64,000 nucleotides of DNA, taken from contig OX597820.1 of assembly GCA_951406725.2 (NCBI GenBank), forward strand, positions 3,534,001 through 3,598,000, read 5' to 3'. This stretch comes from Octopus vulgaris (taxonomy: Eukaryota). Below, piece by piece: positions 12,330-26,467 of this stretch. The translations under genes were made by a program, and so were the position numbers. The notes under the pieces are model-generated. The model was not told where the DNA came from, did no database searches, and saw only the letters and a program-made list of their open reading frames with translations. Numbering within the stretch: position 1 is the first letter of the stretch; each line of letters opens with the position of its first letter.

Positions 12330-15300
12330 CACACACGTTATTTTGTAATGAAGCCTTTAACTTTTGACAACAATTTTCTTCGTGTCTCGTAATTGTTGTT
12401 TAACCCCCGGCCGACCTTCATCAAACACACCTGTAATCAATTTTTAATTTTACGTAACTATTAATTCGGACGGTAGTGGGGAGACTCGAGGAAGATATGT
12501 GGTAGCTATTTCTAGCAATTTACGCGACAGCTAGAGTCGCCTCCGTTGGCTCGAAACATATTAAGCGTAGCTTGTCCTAAATTCATACATAACAATATGA
12601 TTGTAATATATTTTAAAAAAGAAAAAAAAAACTGATGGACACTAAAAAGAAATCGACCCCCCTCCACAGCATTTAGTTTCAACCGGATATTCTATATAAC
12701 ACAGCATGACCAAATGATAACCATTCTACTCTCAATTATCATAATGAATGCAATCAAGAATGATAATGGATGTATGGAAGGAAAACTAATGTTCCCGATG
12801 AAATTACTGAGTAATTTATATTAGAAACAACACACACACATACACACACACACACACCGTTTTGGTTTTATTTCCTCGGTCTGTGGATTATCAGTTCAGA
12901 TCTTTAGCGAGAAATCATTTACAGAAGAATTTAGACATTTTTGACTCCAGCCTGGATGCAGATTAATTTACATTAAGTAGCTTCACTCCATTTATAATCA
13001 GGAAATAAAATGAATAATCCATTTTATATGCGTCAATAATACATTCTGTAGCGAAAACGATGGCTTTATTTTAATTTTTTGAGCCATTTGATTGCAAAGA
13101 GGTTAAACACATGATGCGGTGTGTCTGCCTCGCAAGAGCCGAGCACCGGCGACATTTCTTGTGTAGTCGGAGTTAAACGCGCACAAGCAAACACAGACAT
13201 TATATTGCCAGGATTAAAAATGTACATCGGTTCTTATAATTTATAAAAAGATAAATTCAAGTTTTATATCTGATGAGCAAGAAATCGTTCAGATATCTGT
13301 GATGGAGAAAACGTTGACACATTAACCGGGAGACAAGTGCCCCACACACTGCTTCTACGACATGCCTAAAACACACCTCTCTTTCTCTCGATATATATAT
13401 CTATATACATATATATATACACACACATACATGCTGAGAAGATGCAAAACGAAATATATAACACGAGACAGACTAGTTACAAGAATTTACTACTATCTAC
13501 AATCCAGGAAGAAAACGACAAAATAATAATAATAATTAATAATAATAATAATAATTAATAATAAATCATTCGACGAAATCACAGAAAGAAACCGAATATG
13601 AGTTAGAAAAAATGTGTATTTTTTTATAAACAGAAAATAAATATAAAAAGAAAAACGAAGGCAACACACTTTAAATAAGTTGAAGTATAAAAATATATAA
13701 AACAAAAAATGTACCTCGATTGCAATAGATCACACATAATATGCATTTCTAATCGATGACGATCTCGCATAGATATTAGTGATCATTTTTGATTAATAAG
13801 ATCGTTTTTTTGAATATTATGAAGAATATCAGAGCATAAATCACAACATTAAGAGGTTAAGCAATAGTCTTCCAATTAGAATTTGGTCGACCTCTTCTGA
13901 GGAATGCCAGTATTCCAAAGAAAATTTTCTACATGAATCATAAAAAAAAAAATCCCTTTACTTTAACAATAGACAAGGAGAGAGACGAATACATGTCAGG
14001 GGAAGTAACTTGATGGTGGAACTGAAACCGAAAAGAAAGTTTGCAGGTGCCCGTCCCCCCACCCCTTCAATATAAATCTGATATTCTACTTGTGTCGGTC
14101 ATTGGACTGCGGCCACGCCGGAGCACTGCCTGAAAGGGATTTAGTCGAAGACATCGACTCCTGCGCTTATTGTTTTTCTTTAGAAGTCTGGTACGTATTC
14201 TATCGTTTACTTTCGCCGAACCGCCAAGTCACCAAACTAGCCAACACTGGTTGTCAAACGGTGGCGGAGGGGACACACACACGCAAACATCAGGCTTCCA
14301 CACAGTTTTCGTCTACCGATTTCACTCACAAAAGATTCTGGCCGAGGCTAAAGTAGAAGACACTTGCCGAAGATGTCTTGCAGTGGGACTGAACCCGAAA
14401 CCAGGTGGTTGCAGAGCAAATAGTGTACCGCGTATAAAGAAACGGGAAGGGTAGAAATGACGTCACAACAGGGTCCACAAATCTGCACACGACCCAAAGA
14501 CTAGTCCCAACAACATCCCCTACCTATTATGGTACCATCATAAAACCAGTCGCTTCCACACGGGCCAGACAAATAAATAGGTCATCATCTTTTAGCATCC
14601 CCTTTTCCCTGCCGGCATGGGTTGGACAGTTTGATAAGAACAGCCGAGCCAGAGGTCTCTGACAGGTTCCATGTCTGCTTTGGAAGGGTTTCTACGGCTG
14701 GATGCCCTTCTTAATGCTAGCCACTTTATGCAGTGTACTGGGTACTTTTTACACGGCACCAGCACCAGTAAGGTCACCAAGTACCCACAAGACAGGACCC
14801 CTTAACTGAGTGGAGTACAGCATGGAGAGATAAGAAACTAGGACAGAGTGGGAGGGGCAGGTGTCTTGTTGAAAAGGTGAATTCATGGCTTGGCCACCAG
14901 GAAAGAATGTGTGAGAAAGAGAGAAAGAAAGAGATGTGAGGTTCAGGTACAAGGTGAATAGGAGACCAAAATAGCCATTAGCTGTAAACATTGTGTTGGG
15001 ACACATGCCATTAAATTTAGGTGTAAAAACCCCTTGGTTTTAATATCACACTCCTGGTGCCCCCTCCCCCCAACTCAGCATCTCAAGCGTTGACCATTTT
15101 CTACAGCAAATTCAAAACAAAGAGTGTTTCACAAATAAAACCTCACCTAATTAACCCTTTATTTTGTTTGATTTTTTTATATGCATTGCCCTATTTTGGT
15201 CACCCTATTATTGCTCCCCACCCTCGGGAGGGGTGGTACTGCCCCCTTTGGGAACCACTGGTACAAAAGAACAACTATTATATGATACCTTGCAAGAACA

Positions 15301-16357
15301 CAAACACACACACACACACAGGTATACATATTTACACATATACACACACACACACACACACGTATCACATGATTGACCAGACTGTCGGGTGTTGTTATAC
15401 ATCGCTGGTCACAATGCGCTTTGCATCGTTTCATTTTTCAGATGGTGCCACCCTGCTGGCAAGGCGAGCAAACCAACATTCTCCCTAATCGGGATGCCAG
15501 TCCCTAGCAAGGATACCCATTTACAGGTGAGTGGACTGGTGCAACATAAAATGAAGAATTTTGCTCAAGAACACAATGTGCCACTTGGTCCAAGAATTGA
15601 ACTTGTAATCTACCAATCAGGAGTACAACATCCTAACCACTAAGCCACACACACATACATACCCTTCGCCCCTTGATCTACTACTGTCCGAATCCTCTCT
15701 TATATTCACCTTGTATCTCAAGATGGTTCAGCATCTCAACTTTCTTTCCAGCTACCCTTTCCTATTCCTGTTGGGTAGCACATATCTCCTCTATAGCAAG
15801 ACACCTGTGCTTGTCCCTTTTATCATTACCTCCAGCGTCTGAACACCTGGCATAAAAATCACTACCTGCATCAAATATTCCCCCATACTTAGTTGAGGGT
15901 TTTTTTTTTCACTTTCCATTTTTTCCCTCATCTTGCAAGTTACTTGGCAACCTAACGATTGCAGCTGGCACAAAAAAAAAAAAAGACACCGAAAACATGG
16001 TGCAAAGTGGTTGGCACTATGAAGGGTGTCCAGCCATAGAACTCATACCAAAGCTTGACATGACCCTGGGGTTTATCAGACCCTGTCAAATTGTCCAGCC
16101 CATGTCAGTATGGAAAATGGATGTTAAAGGCTTACACGCACACAACAGGCCTCTTTAAGTTTCCATCTATGAAACCCAAACACAAGGCTTTGGTCAGCCC
16201 AGGGCTACGAAAAAGACACTTGCTAAAGGTGGCATGCAGTGGGACTGAACTCGGAACCATGTGGCTGGAAAGCAAACTTCACAGCCTCACCTGCACCTTG
16301 ATCCTTTTATAGTAAATCCAATTCAACCATTCCAAGTTGTATAGAAAAAATACTTAC

Positions 16358-16546
16358 TCTGAAAATTCACATTCATTTCTGTGACCATTTACTTGTTGAC
16401 GAATATCAATCGGTTGTGATTTCGGTACGTAACCATTCACTACTGGATTAGAAATCTGTTGTTCAATATCTACGGTACAGTCATAAAAGGGACCTTGTTG
16501 ACCATCCACTTCATTGGTGCTGACATTTTCAGGTATATTGCCAATC
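16358..16546 (-). CDS. ATG13: ATG13 coding exon 3 (disordered region)
   Basis: A poly-T tract and cccag|G acceptor complete AG+G=Arg. Open frame IGNIPENVSTNEVDGQQG...KSQPIDIRQ...ECEFS. Donor GA|GTAAGT; 189 nt; phase 2->2, compatible with both neighbouring exons. Confidence 0.85.
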
Positions 16547-17525
16547 CTGGGTTTCAAGAATAAAACGAAAAAAAAAAAAAAAAAACCATTTAAATACTAA
16601 CAAAACTAAATTTTAAAAGAATTACAAAATATCTGATTAAAAAAAAAACCCACTAACATGAGAAGGAAATTCTTCATCATTTAATGTCCACATTGCCATG
16701 CTTGCATGGTTCAGATGGAATTTATTGGGGTACGATTTCTATGGCTGGATGCCCTTCCTGTAGCCAGACCTTACCTGCTTCCAAGCTAAGTAATATTTCC
16801 CCTTAACTAGACATGTTCACACAAAACACTGGCAATAAACAAACTCACTTGTATGATGATGATTCTCCAAGGCTTCACACACATACATATGTCTACACAC
16901 AGGCATACACACACATACATATGTCTACACACAGGCATACACACACATACATATTTCTACACACAGGCATACACACACATACATATATAGAGAGAGAGTT
17001 CACAGCTGCAACCTACACCAGTGTCGCATAACCAGCCCCAGCCCATTCAAAAAGTACCTTGGATCGTAGGGCAACAGACCATGCTTGCGGAGACCTATTG
17101 AGTCAAGTACATCAAAATCAGTTTCTGTCCATCGAATCCATTCACAACATGTTGGTTGGCCCAGGGCTATAGTAGAAGAGGATTGCCCAAGGTGCAATGC
17201 AGTGGAATTGAACCCAAGACCACATAGTTGGGAAGCAAGATTGCATGGCTACAGTTATGTGCACTAAAAGACTACATCTAAGGAGTCTGAGCATGAATTC
17301 AACCGTGAAACTGAAGAGACAGTCATGGAAGAATGGAAGAATCAAAAGAGAAATATATTCTAAGATTAGGTTGAATATGGCAGACGAAAGAGAATATTGT
17401 GAAGATTGCAAAACACAAAATGTCATAATACGTAAGAGGGGAAAATGGAGTCTAACCCCAAACCAACTCTGATTGAAACTATGATCAATGAGATTCCAAT
17501 TGTGGCCACCTCCTCTTTTTTAAGA

Positions 17526-17897
17526 TTATTATTTCTGCCTAAGCAAAGGTGACGGTATTGTTTTCAGTCATGCTTGTTTGTTTGTCTGTGGAGACAAGAT
17601 ATCTCAAGAACCACTGGATGGATTCAGATGAAACTTTCAAGGATGTTTAACTTCGTGACTAGCACAAACTGATTAGATTTTGGAATCGATCCGGTACCAG
17701 ACAAGGATTCTGGATTACTTTTCCTGTATTTTTTACTCAAATTTTGAGAGCAGTCGGATTCAATTTTAGTATTCTCATTTGTCAAAGCATTCGAGTTTAT
17801 TTCAGATATTCTCATTTTAAAAATCACCTCTGGCTAATTGTTGCAAGGACATTGGTGTTGCCTTGGCAGAAGTTTGCACTCTCTGAATGCTCTTGTT
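17526..17897 (+). mobile_element. Helentron-associated (HINE/DINE-1-like) element
   Basis: T-rich termini, subterminal inverted repeats (TTCTGCC/GGCAGAA), short (GTTT/GTCT) tract and a 3' hairpin-like end CTCTCTGAATGCTCTTGTT. A second copy lies on the minus strand at ~59088-60090. Confidence 0.5.
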
Positions 17898-20135
17898 TAA
17901 GACTTAGGACAGTTACTGACAACCTGCTGTTTCAGGTACTTTCTGAATGGCATACCTACTAAAAAAAATTACCTTGAAATTGAAATTTTTATTAGTGAGG
18001 CCCACCTAATTATGAGCTAATTAGCCTAATTCTCATAAACAGCTGCCCACAACTGATTTAGAAGTGTTTTTTATCTAATGTGGTCTTTCCCATTAAGAGG
18101 TAAGATTTGAAAGGTGTTGCTATTTCTAGTGGGTTGAGAAACAACAGAGAGGCACCCTCGTTGCTGCAGAGTCATAACGCTGGGCCACAATGTTGTCGGA
18201 GTTGATGGTAACAAGAATTTTTGAAAATTGTGTAAAATATTGTAATCACTGAAGTGGCAGAAAGCAAACAGGATGTAGGTCTTTGGCAAGTTTGAGTTTG
18301 GCTGCTGCGAATCTTTGAAGATTAGTAACTATTTTAGCTTTAAGACTAAGTGAGGCCTGGGGATTATGGAATCTGAAGTTACCAAAGATATTGAGAAAGA
18401 GAGAGAGAGAGAGAGACAGACAGAGAGAGGGATATTGACCAACTTTTCTTCATCTCTTGAAGATATGACTCATTTAAAGGTAACAGATGGGAAACAAGAG
18501 AAGATAGGTTTTAAATAGGAATATTTTTAATCATCTTAAATCAAAGATAGCAGATTAGCAGGCTGAGTGGATACAGAATGGGTTTAAGATTTCAATAGCA
18601 TAGCTGGAGTTATGAAGATAACTGGAGGTTTTTTTTTTTTATATAGAAATTACAGACTGTGAGCTGGTAGAATTGTTAGCATGTCATATGGAAATGGCTC
18701 AGCATCATTTCTTTCAGGTTCAAATCCCACTATGGTCAATTTTTGCCTTTTATCCCTTCAGGATCAATGAAGTACCAGTCAAGTACTGGGGTCCATGTAA
18801 TAGACCTGTCCCTTCCTACCAAAATTGCTAACCTTGAACCTTGTAAGGGATCGGTGTCAGTTCAGTAGAATGGTGTGATCTCAATCACTTGTAGACATCA
18901 TGGAAACCAAACTGGGCTCAAGAAGAAATAAATGTAGGAATTAATAGTGTGTGTGTCCGTGCATGTGTGTGTGATCATGTGGGTGGAGGAAAATCATGAA
19001 TGAAGATGATTTCATGGGTTGAGTTGAAGTACAAATGAAATTTGTTGATGTCAATGTTCCTTTGGAGATATGCTGTGCTTGAGAAGACCTGGCAAGCCAA
19101 GTGAGACCGTAACCGTGGCCTATGCCAGTGTAGTGTAATCAGCCCATTTAAGAGTACTCTTCAATTGCTGGGCAATGAACTGTGCTTGCAAGTGAAGTCG
19201 TTGTCGTGGCCGATGACAGTACCACCTGATTTGCACATAAAAAGTACCATTCGAGCGTGATCATTGCCAGTGCCGCCTGACCAGTCCCATGCCGGTGGCA
19301 CATAAAAAGTACCATTCGAGCGTGATCATTGCCAGTGCCGGTGACATGTAAAAAGCAGCATTTGAGCATGGCCGATGCCAGTGCTGGTTGATTTGTCCCG
19401 TGCATAAAAAGCACCATTTGAGGGTGGCCATTGCCAGTGCCAGCTGACTGGCTCCCATGAGTGGTTGGCATTAGGAAGGGCATCCAGCTGTAGAAACTTT
19501 GCCAGATCAGATTGGAGCCCAGTGCAGCCTTTTGGCTTGCCAGTCCTCAGCCAAACCGTCCAACCCACGCCAGCATGGAAAGCTGACGCTAAACGATGAT
19601 GATGATGATTGAAAGAAGTGTTTTTACAGCTGTTTATCTTTCCTCGTTTGTCAACTCTGACGTATTTGGGTCTTCCTTTTTCTTTTTTTCTTTCTTTCAA
19701 CAGTCAGACAGACTGACAGAGTAAAATGTGGCATCTATACTCCTTTATCACTGATCCAGGATAATACAGTACGCTCAATTAAGAACTGTCTTACGCTTAT
19801 CACAGACTAATCTCTGATAACACGAGTGGGTGATCAGTGAAAGATTATGCTTGGACCACAAAAGCACACCCAAGCAACCATCCACAATGCTCAATTAACC
19901 AGGTTCCACTGATTATCACTCATGTTTACATCACTGTACTGCATGTCTGTGTATCTTTTAGATGGATTTATATACACACATCCATCAACTTCCCACCAGT
20001 GAAGAGAAAAAATACTTCCCACTTTTATACTTTCATTATTAATTGATCATTTGTTATCAAATTTTACTTGAAATATTATTCCAAACACGAAACAGTATCA
20101 TTATGTAATACAGTTCTATATTTAAGAGATGAGGA

Positions 20136-20421
20136 ATTATTTACATTTGACGGATATTTGTCCTCATCTTGTTTGTTGTTAACACAGCATATGGCATAGT
20201 GGTTAAGAACACCAGCTACTAACCCCAACATTTCGAGTTTGATTCCAAGCATTGGAATAATAATAATAATAATAATAATAACATCGTAAGATACTTTAGG
20301 AATGAGAATCCAGGTTCGAAATTTCCCCAAGACACCTGATGAAGGGTGGAGGGTATATCAGCCGAAACATTGTGTTAACAACAAACAAGATGAGGACAAA
20401 TATCCATCAAATGTAAATAAT
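20136..20421 (+). mobile_element. Same element family, copy 1 (more decayed)
   Basis: About 50-bp inverted termini, TGGCATAGTGG A box, GAGTTTGATTCC B-box-like motif, (AAT)n and CTGATGA...GAAA core; colinear with 45790-46051. Confidence 0.8.
20331..20376 (+). ncRNA. Degenerate minimal hammerhead motif (same family as 45962)
   Basis: GACAC-CTGATGA-A-GGGTG...CAGCC-GAAA-CA-TT-GTGTT; one stem II mismatch and CpG decay in the palindrome. Confidence 0.6.
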
Positions 20422-20537
20422 GAGTATCATTATGTGTTTAAAATCTGTTTGGTGCTATTTGGGTGAGTTACAGGGACAACTTGAGGGGTCTCAGAATAAA
20501 ACCCTATTTCTCCCTTATATTCTATTACTCATTTAAT

Positions 20538-20795
20538 GTAATGATTCTCAACCAAGGTCCACATGGCCCTTGGTGGGTTCATGTAAGATTATGTTGTTCA
20601 AGTTTATGTGCAATAAATTGCTTTTACCTCAACAATGCACAAAATATTTTAACAAATTTTTAATAAAATTCCTAAAAATATTTAATTATAAAAGTATAAT
20701 GGGATTTTTAAAAACATCAAGCAGCTATGGGGGTCCAGTAGAGTAAAATAAAAATTAAAGGGGTCCATAGGAAAAAAAGGGTTGAGCACTATTGC
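20538..20795. mobile_element. Degenerate hAT-like MITE
   Basis: Imperfect TIRs AATGATTCTCAACC / GGTTGAGCACTATTG with GGGGTCCA subterminal motifs; related fragment at ~8827-9015. Confidence 0.5.
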
Positions 20796-21640
20796 CCTAG
20801 GTATAATAGTAATGTTCCTCTATCATTTAACCCTTTTAATACCAACCCGGCTGAAACCGGTTCTGTCTCTGTATTATAAATGTCTTGTTTTCATAAGTTT
20901 TGAATTAAAATCTTCCACCAAACCTTAGTCACAATTTATGTTCCTAACACTAGTTTAATGATAACCAAATTATTTTACTAAATTCTTTGTTATATCTAAG
21001 ATTAATTGAATGAAACACAGAGCACCTTAACAAAAATTACCATCATCGTTTAATGTCCACATTCCATGCTGGCATGGGTTGGACAGATTGACTGAGGGCT
21101 GGCAAGCCAGCGGCTGCACCAGGCTCCAATCTGATCAGGCAATGTTTCTACAGCCTGATGCCCTTCCTCATATCGACTACGGAGAGTGTAGTGGGTGCCT
21201 TTTACGTGCCGCTGGCACAGGAGCCAGTCAGGGGGCACTGGCATCGACCACATTCAGGTGGTGCTTTTTATGTACCAGCAGCTTGGGAGCCAGTCAGGGG
21301 GCACTGGCATCGACCATGTTCAAATGATGCACTTTACGTGTGCCACCAGCATGAAGGCCAGTCAGGTGGCACTGGCCACGGCTATGATTTTGATTTTACT
21401 TGACTCAACAGGTCTTCTCAAGCAAGCTTTTCTCTTTAATAGCTACACTATTTTCTAACGCTTCTCAACACAATAATCAAACAAACTGCCATGAAACCTA
21501 TTCACAGTGAACAATCACAACGCTTTCGATTAGCTTCAATGAACAATATTTATCAAAATATCTTTAGAAATTAAAATAAGAATGGTTTCTGAACTAATTT
21601 TGAGATTGCCAAGTTTACCTAATCTTTTAACAACAAATAG

Positions 21641-21835
21641 CTCTCCAAACAGGGTTACACACTATCTATGCCTCCTCCTCTCCAAACAGGGTTACACACT
21701 ATCTATGCCTCCTCCTCTCCAAACAGGGTTACACACTATCTATGCCTCCTCCTCTCACAATAGGGTTACACACTATCTATGCCTCCTCCTCTCCAAACAG
21801 GGTTACACACTATCTATTCCTCCTCCTCCTCCTCT
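21641..21835. repeat. 37-bp minisatellite, about 5 copies
   Basis: CTCTCCAAACAGGGTTACACACTATCTATGCCTCCTC repeated in tandem. Confidence 0.95.
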
Positions 21836-22156
21836 TACAAATCATCCTAGTATCTCCTACATGTCCCAACTCTCCCATGATTTCTAGGCATCATCCTTCT
21901 GATACAAATATCACAACTACAGCCTCTCAAAGCGAACCACACACAGCTGTATACTTATTCTAAACCACCCCCAAAACACCATCATCATCATCGTCGTCGT
22001 TCTAATGTCCACTTTTTCATGCTTGCATGCGGCTGACAGAATTCATTGAGGTTCAGTTCCACTGCATGACACCTTGGGCATCTTCTGCTATAGCCTTGGG
22101 TCAACCAAAGCCTTGTGAGTGGATTTGGTAGATGGAAACTGAAAGAAGCCTGTCCT

Positions 22157-22589
22157 ATGTATATGTGTGTGTGTGTGTATGTATGTGTATGTATATGTAT
22201 GTATGTATGCATGTGTGTGTATATGTATGTATGTATGTATGTGTGTGTGTGTGTATGTATATGTGTGTGCATGTATGTATGTATGTGTGTATGTATGTAT
22301 GTATGTGTGTATGTATGTATGTATGTATGTATGTATGTATGTATGTATGTGTGTGTGTGTATGTATGTGTGTGTGTGTATGTATGTATGTATGTATGTGT
22401 GTGTGTATGTATGTGTGTGTGTGTGTATGCATGCATGCATGCATGCATGTATGTATGTATGTATGTATATGTGTGTGTATGTATGTATGTATGTATGTGT
22501 GTGTATGTATGTATGTGTGTGTGTGTGTATGTATGTTTATGAGTGTGTATGTATGTGTGTATGTATGTATGTATGTATGTATGTGTGTG
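22157..22589. repeat. Compound (TATG)n/(TG)n microsatellite
   Basis: Visible directly; similar tracts at 54490-54760 and 57570-57795. These explain the MYVCMYVC-type ORFs. Confidence 0.97.
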
Positions 22590-23599
22590 CTACTGCCTCC
22601 TCATAAGGAACATTACCTAGCTTAGAAAGAGGCAAGGTTTGGCAACAGGAAGTGCATCTGGACATAGAAAATCTGCCTCAAAGACTTCCATTTGACGCAT
22701 GAAACCATGGCAAACTGCACATATGATGATGATGATGATGATGATGATTGTATATACTTACATAAACACACATGAACTAGAATCCTGCCCCACACATAAA
22801 ATATGAATCTTATCAAAGAAATCCCTCTTATCAACAAAATCATAAATCACACCTGAGCCCCTCACTTCATCATATTGTATTCGATAATAATGCCTTCTGT
22901 TTATCCACCACACACAAAGAAGTAAATGTTATGATAAACAAGATATCACCAAATTGAAAAGGTAAACGAAATGAAAAGAAAATGAAACACTTTCTAAACA
23001 GGAGCTGAAGATTGGTCGAAAATAAATACAAGGAATTATAATTTAAATCAGTCAGAAACTATGCCAGTCCTACCTGAGCTTACCAACTACCCTGCCTGAC
23101 TGACTCCCTGTGCCAGTGGCACATAAAAAACACTACCTGTGGTTGATGCCAGTGCCACCTGACTGGCTCCTGTGCCTGTGGCACGTAAAAAGCACCCACT
23201 ACACTTTCGGAGTGGTTGGCATTAGGAAGGGCATCCAGCTGTAGAAACATTGCCAGATCAGAATGGAGCCTGGTACAGCCTCCTGGCTTGCCAGTCCTCA
23301 GTGAAACCGTCCAACCCATGCCAGCATGGAAAGCAGACATGTGACCAACCCATGCCAAACCGTCCAACCCATGCCAGCATGGAAAGCAGACATGTGACAA
23401 TGAGGATGATGATGATAAAACCATTATCCTCATCACCATTTAACGTCCGTCATCCATGCTAGCATGGGTTGGACAGTGTGACCAGAGCTGGCAAGCCAGG
23501 GGGCTGCACCAGAATCCAGTCTGAATTGGCCTGGTTTCTATGGCTGGATGCCCTTCCTAATGCCAACCGCTTCACAGAGTGTGCTGGGTGCCTTTCTAG

Positions 23600-24103
23600 G
23601 TGGCACCAGCACAGGTGCCTTTCATGTGGCACCAGCACAGGTGCCTTTCATGTGGCACCAGCACAGGTGCCTTTCATGTGGCATCACACAGGTGCCTTTC
23701 ATGTGGCACCAGCACAGGTGCCTTTCATGTGGCACCAGCACAGGTGCCTTTCATGTGACATCACACAGGTGCCTCTCATGTGGCATCACACAGGTGCCTT
23801 TCATGTGGCATCACACAGGTGCCTTTCATGTGGCATCACACAGGTGCCTTTCATGTGGCACCAGCACAGGTGCCTTTCATGTGGCATCACACAGGTGCCT
23901 TTCATGTGGCACCAGCACAGGTGCCTTTCATGTGGCACCAGCACAGGTGCCTTTCATGTGGCACCAGCACAGGTGCCTTTCATGTGACATCACACAGGTG
24001 CCTCTCATGTGGCATCACACAGGTGCCTTTCATGTGGCACCAGCACAGGTGCTTTGTGCTTCTTTTGTGACATCAGCACAGGTGCTGTCTATGTGGCACT
24101 AGC
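23600..24103. repeat. 25/26-bp minisatellite (about 18 units plus a degenerate end) inside a family-3 SINE
   Basis: Units GTGGCACCAGCACAGGTGCCTTTCAT (A), GTGGCATCACACAGGTGCCTTTCAT (B) and GTGACATCACACAGGTGCCTCTCAT (C); no spacers. Confidence 0.95.
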
Positions 24104-24590
24104 GGGGTGACCAAGCAGCTTGGAACTGAGGGAGGTGACCGTGAGCCAGGTGAGAGATTAGAGTATAGCAGAAGGGCAGAGATAGTTGTTTTGCTTGAGA
24201 GGGGTTACCTGGAGAGGAAGGGGAGAGAGAGTTAAAGAAAGATAGAGAGACACTCAGTGTGAGAGAGAGAGAAAAAAATAGAAGGCATTGGAAATGTACT
24301 GAGGTGGGGGGGCATAAGAGGGTGGGGGGAGGTGTTTAAAGATGAGAAAGACGTTTTTTAATTCTTTTACTTGTTTCAGTCATTTGACTGCGGCCATGCT
24401 GGAGCATTGCCTTTAGTTGAACAAATCCACCCCAGGACTTATTCTCTGTAAGCCCAGTACTTATTTTATCGGTCTTCTTTGACGAACCGCTAAGTTACAG
24501 AGATGTAAACACACCAGCATTGGTGTCAAGCGATAGCGGGGAGAGACAAACAGACCCACAAATACATACATACACACACACATACATATG

Positions 24591-24628
<38 letters not shown>

Positions 24629-26289
24629 CGACAGGCTTCTTTCAGTTTCTATATTCCAAATCCACTCACAAGACTTTGGTCGGCCCGAGGCTATAGTAGA
24701 AGATACTTGTCCAAGGTGCAACATAGTAGGACTGAACCTGGAACCATGTGGTTGGGAAGCAAGCTTCTTACCACACAGCAATGCCTACTTATTTTTTTAG
24801 TTCTATTTTTTTTGTTTGTATCACCAAATCTAGTCATTTTTTTTAGCTATAAAACCAAAGTGCATAAGCCATTCTTCCTGAAATCTATCCGCAATAAACG
24901 TGTCATTCGGGTGCCAACAGGAGGCTGGCTGCAAGTAGGTAAAAGACTCCTAAATATGATATTAGTAATACAACAAAAGTGGAATGTAGCAAAGAATGGA
25001 ATCTCTCTCCCTCTCTTCGCAACCACCTTCTGTTAGATATGTCAGCAGATGTCTTTGATAACTCATCACAATTCTCAAGTTTACTTTCACACACACACAC
25101 ACCTTATCATCCAGTTTTAGATTACACAACCACTGTTCTTCTGTCTTCACAGTCAGAGAGATTCACCTGTGCGTACGGCATCCTTGAGTTTATTTACTCT
25201 CCAAACAATTAACCAACTTTTGCTTGTTTCAGTCAGGAGGCTGGGGGGCCATGCTGGGGCACTGCTCTGAAGGGTTTAGCCGAACAAATTGATATCGGTA
25301 ATTATTTCCGCTTTTTAAGCCTGGTGCATGTTCTATTGGTCTATCTAGCCGGCCTGTTGTTACATGGATGTAAACAAACCAACACTGGTTTTCAAGCAGT
25401 GGTTGGGGACAAACACTCACATAGAAATATACAAATGAAGGTAGAGGGGAGAGAGGAGAGAAAGAAAGACATTACACATACATACAAATATAACAAGACG
25501 CTTACAGAGAGAGAGAGAGAGGGGGGAGGGGGTAGAGAGAGATAAATAATGAAATGAGAAAACTGTTACATTTGATGTGAAGTTGGTGTTGAATCAGCAG
25601 CACCAAAATGGTCAAAAGGTCTCCTGTCCTCCAATGTAAATAGGATTTTCAATTTGAATACAAACACACCAAGAGGAAACAGTTCATCATCATCATCATC
25701 ATTTAGCATCCGCTTTCCATGCTAGCACGGGTTGGACGGTTCGACCGGGGTCTGTGAAGCCAGGAGGCTGCACCAGGCTCCAGTCTGATCTGGCAGTGTT
25801 TCTACAGCTGAATGCCCTTCCTAACACCAACCACTCCGTGAGTGTAGTGGGTGCTTTTTACGTGCCACCCGCACAGGTGCCCGACGGAGCTGGCAAACAG
25901 CCACGAACGGATGGTGCTTTTACATGCCACCGGCACGGGGGCCAGGCGGGGCTGGCAACGGACACGAACAGATGATGCTGTTACGTGCCATATCAGGGAT
26001 GTTCTTGGAAAGTTGGCGCTGAAACTATTATTAATGCTCTCTGCAATTAAAAACTGGCATCCAGTTGATTCCACAGACATATGCACCCTTAACATAGTTC
26101 TCTGGAAGATTCAGCATGACACGGAATGTGACACAAAGCAGGCCTCCCTTTCAATTACTGGTACTACTGATTTTGGCCAGCTGAGTGGACTGGAGCAATA
26201 AAGTGAAATGAAGTGTCTTGCCCAAGGACACAACGCACCACCAGGAATTGAACTCGTGACCATACAATCGTGAGTTGAATACCCTAACC

Positions 26290-26467
26290 CAGGGGTTTCC
26301 AAAGTGGTCGATATCATCCCTGGGAGTCAATGGGATTATTCAAAGAGTCGATAAATGCCTGGAAACTGCACACCTACTTATTTATTTTCTTGTACATGCC
26401 TGGGGGTTGACGAGGGGTCAGAGACTCCATGAAGAAGTCGATGGTCTAAAAAGTTTGGGGACCCCTG
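26290..26467. mobile_element. hAT-type MITE nested in a SINE
   Basis: TIRs CAGGGGTTTCCAAA / TTTGGGGACCCCTG; 8-bp TSD CCCTAACC/TCCTAACC; interrupts a tRNA-like SINE head (...GAATACCCTAACC|ACTAAGCCAC). Confidence 0.85.

Noticed and set aside
21988-22625. Long His/Thr/Tyr or Cys/Val/Met-rich ORFs (also 54401-54841 and 57570-57855)
   Set aside because: Stop-free microsatellite translations.
23600-24103. CRISPR-like array of palindromic 26-bp repeats, with ORFs 23469-23987 and 23548-24102
   Set aside because: Units abut with no unique spacers, there are no cas genes and the context is a eukaryotic intron. The ORFs are translations of the repeat.
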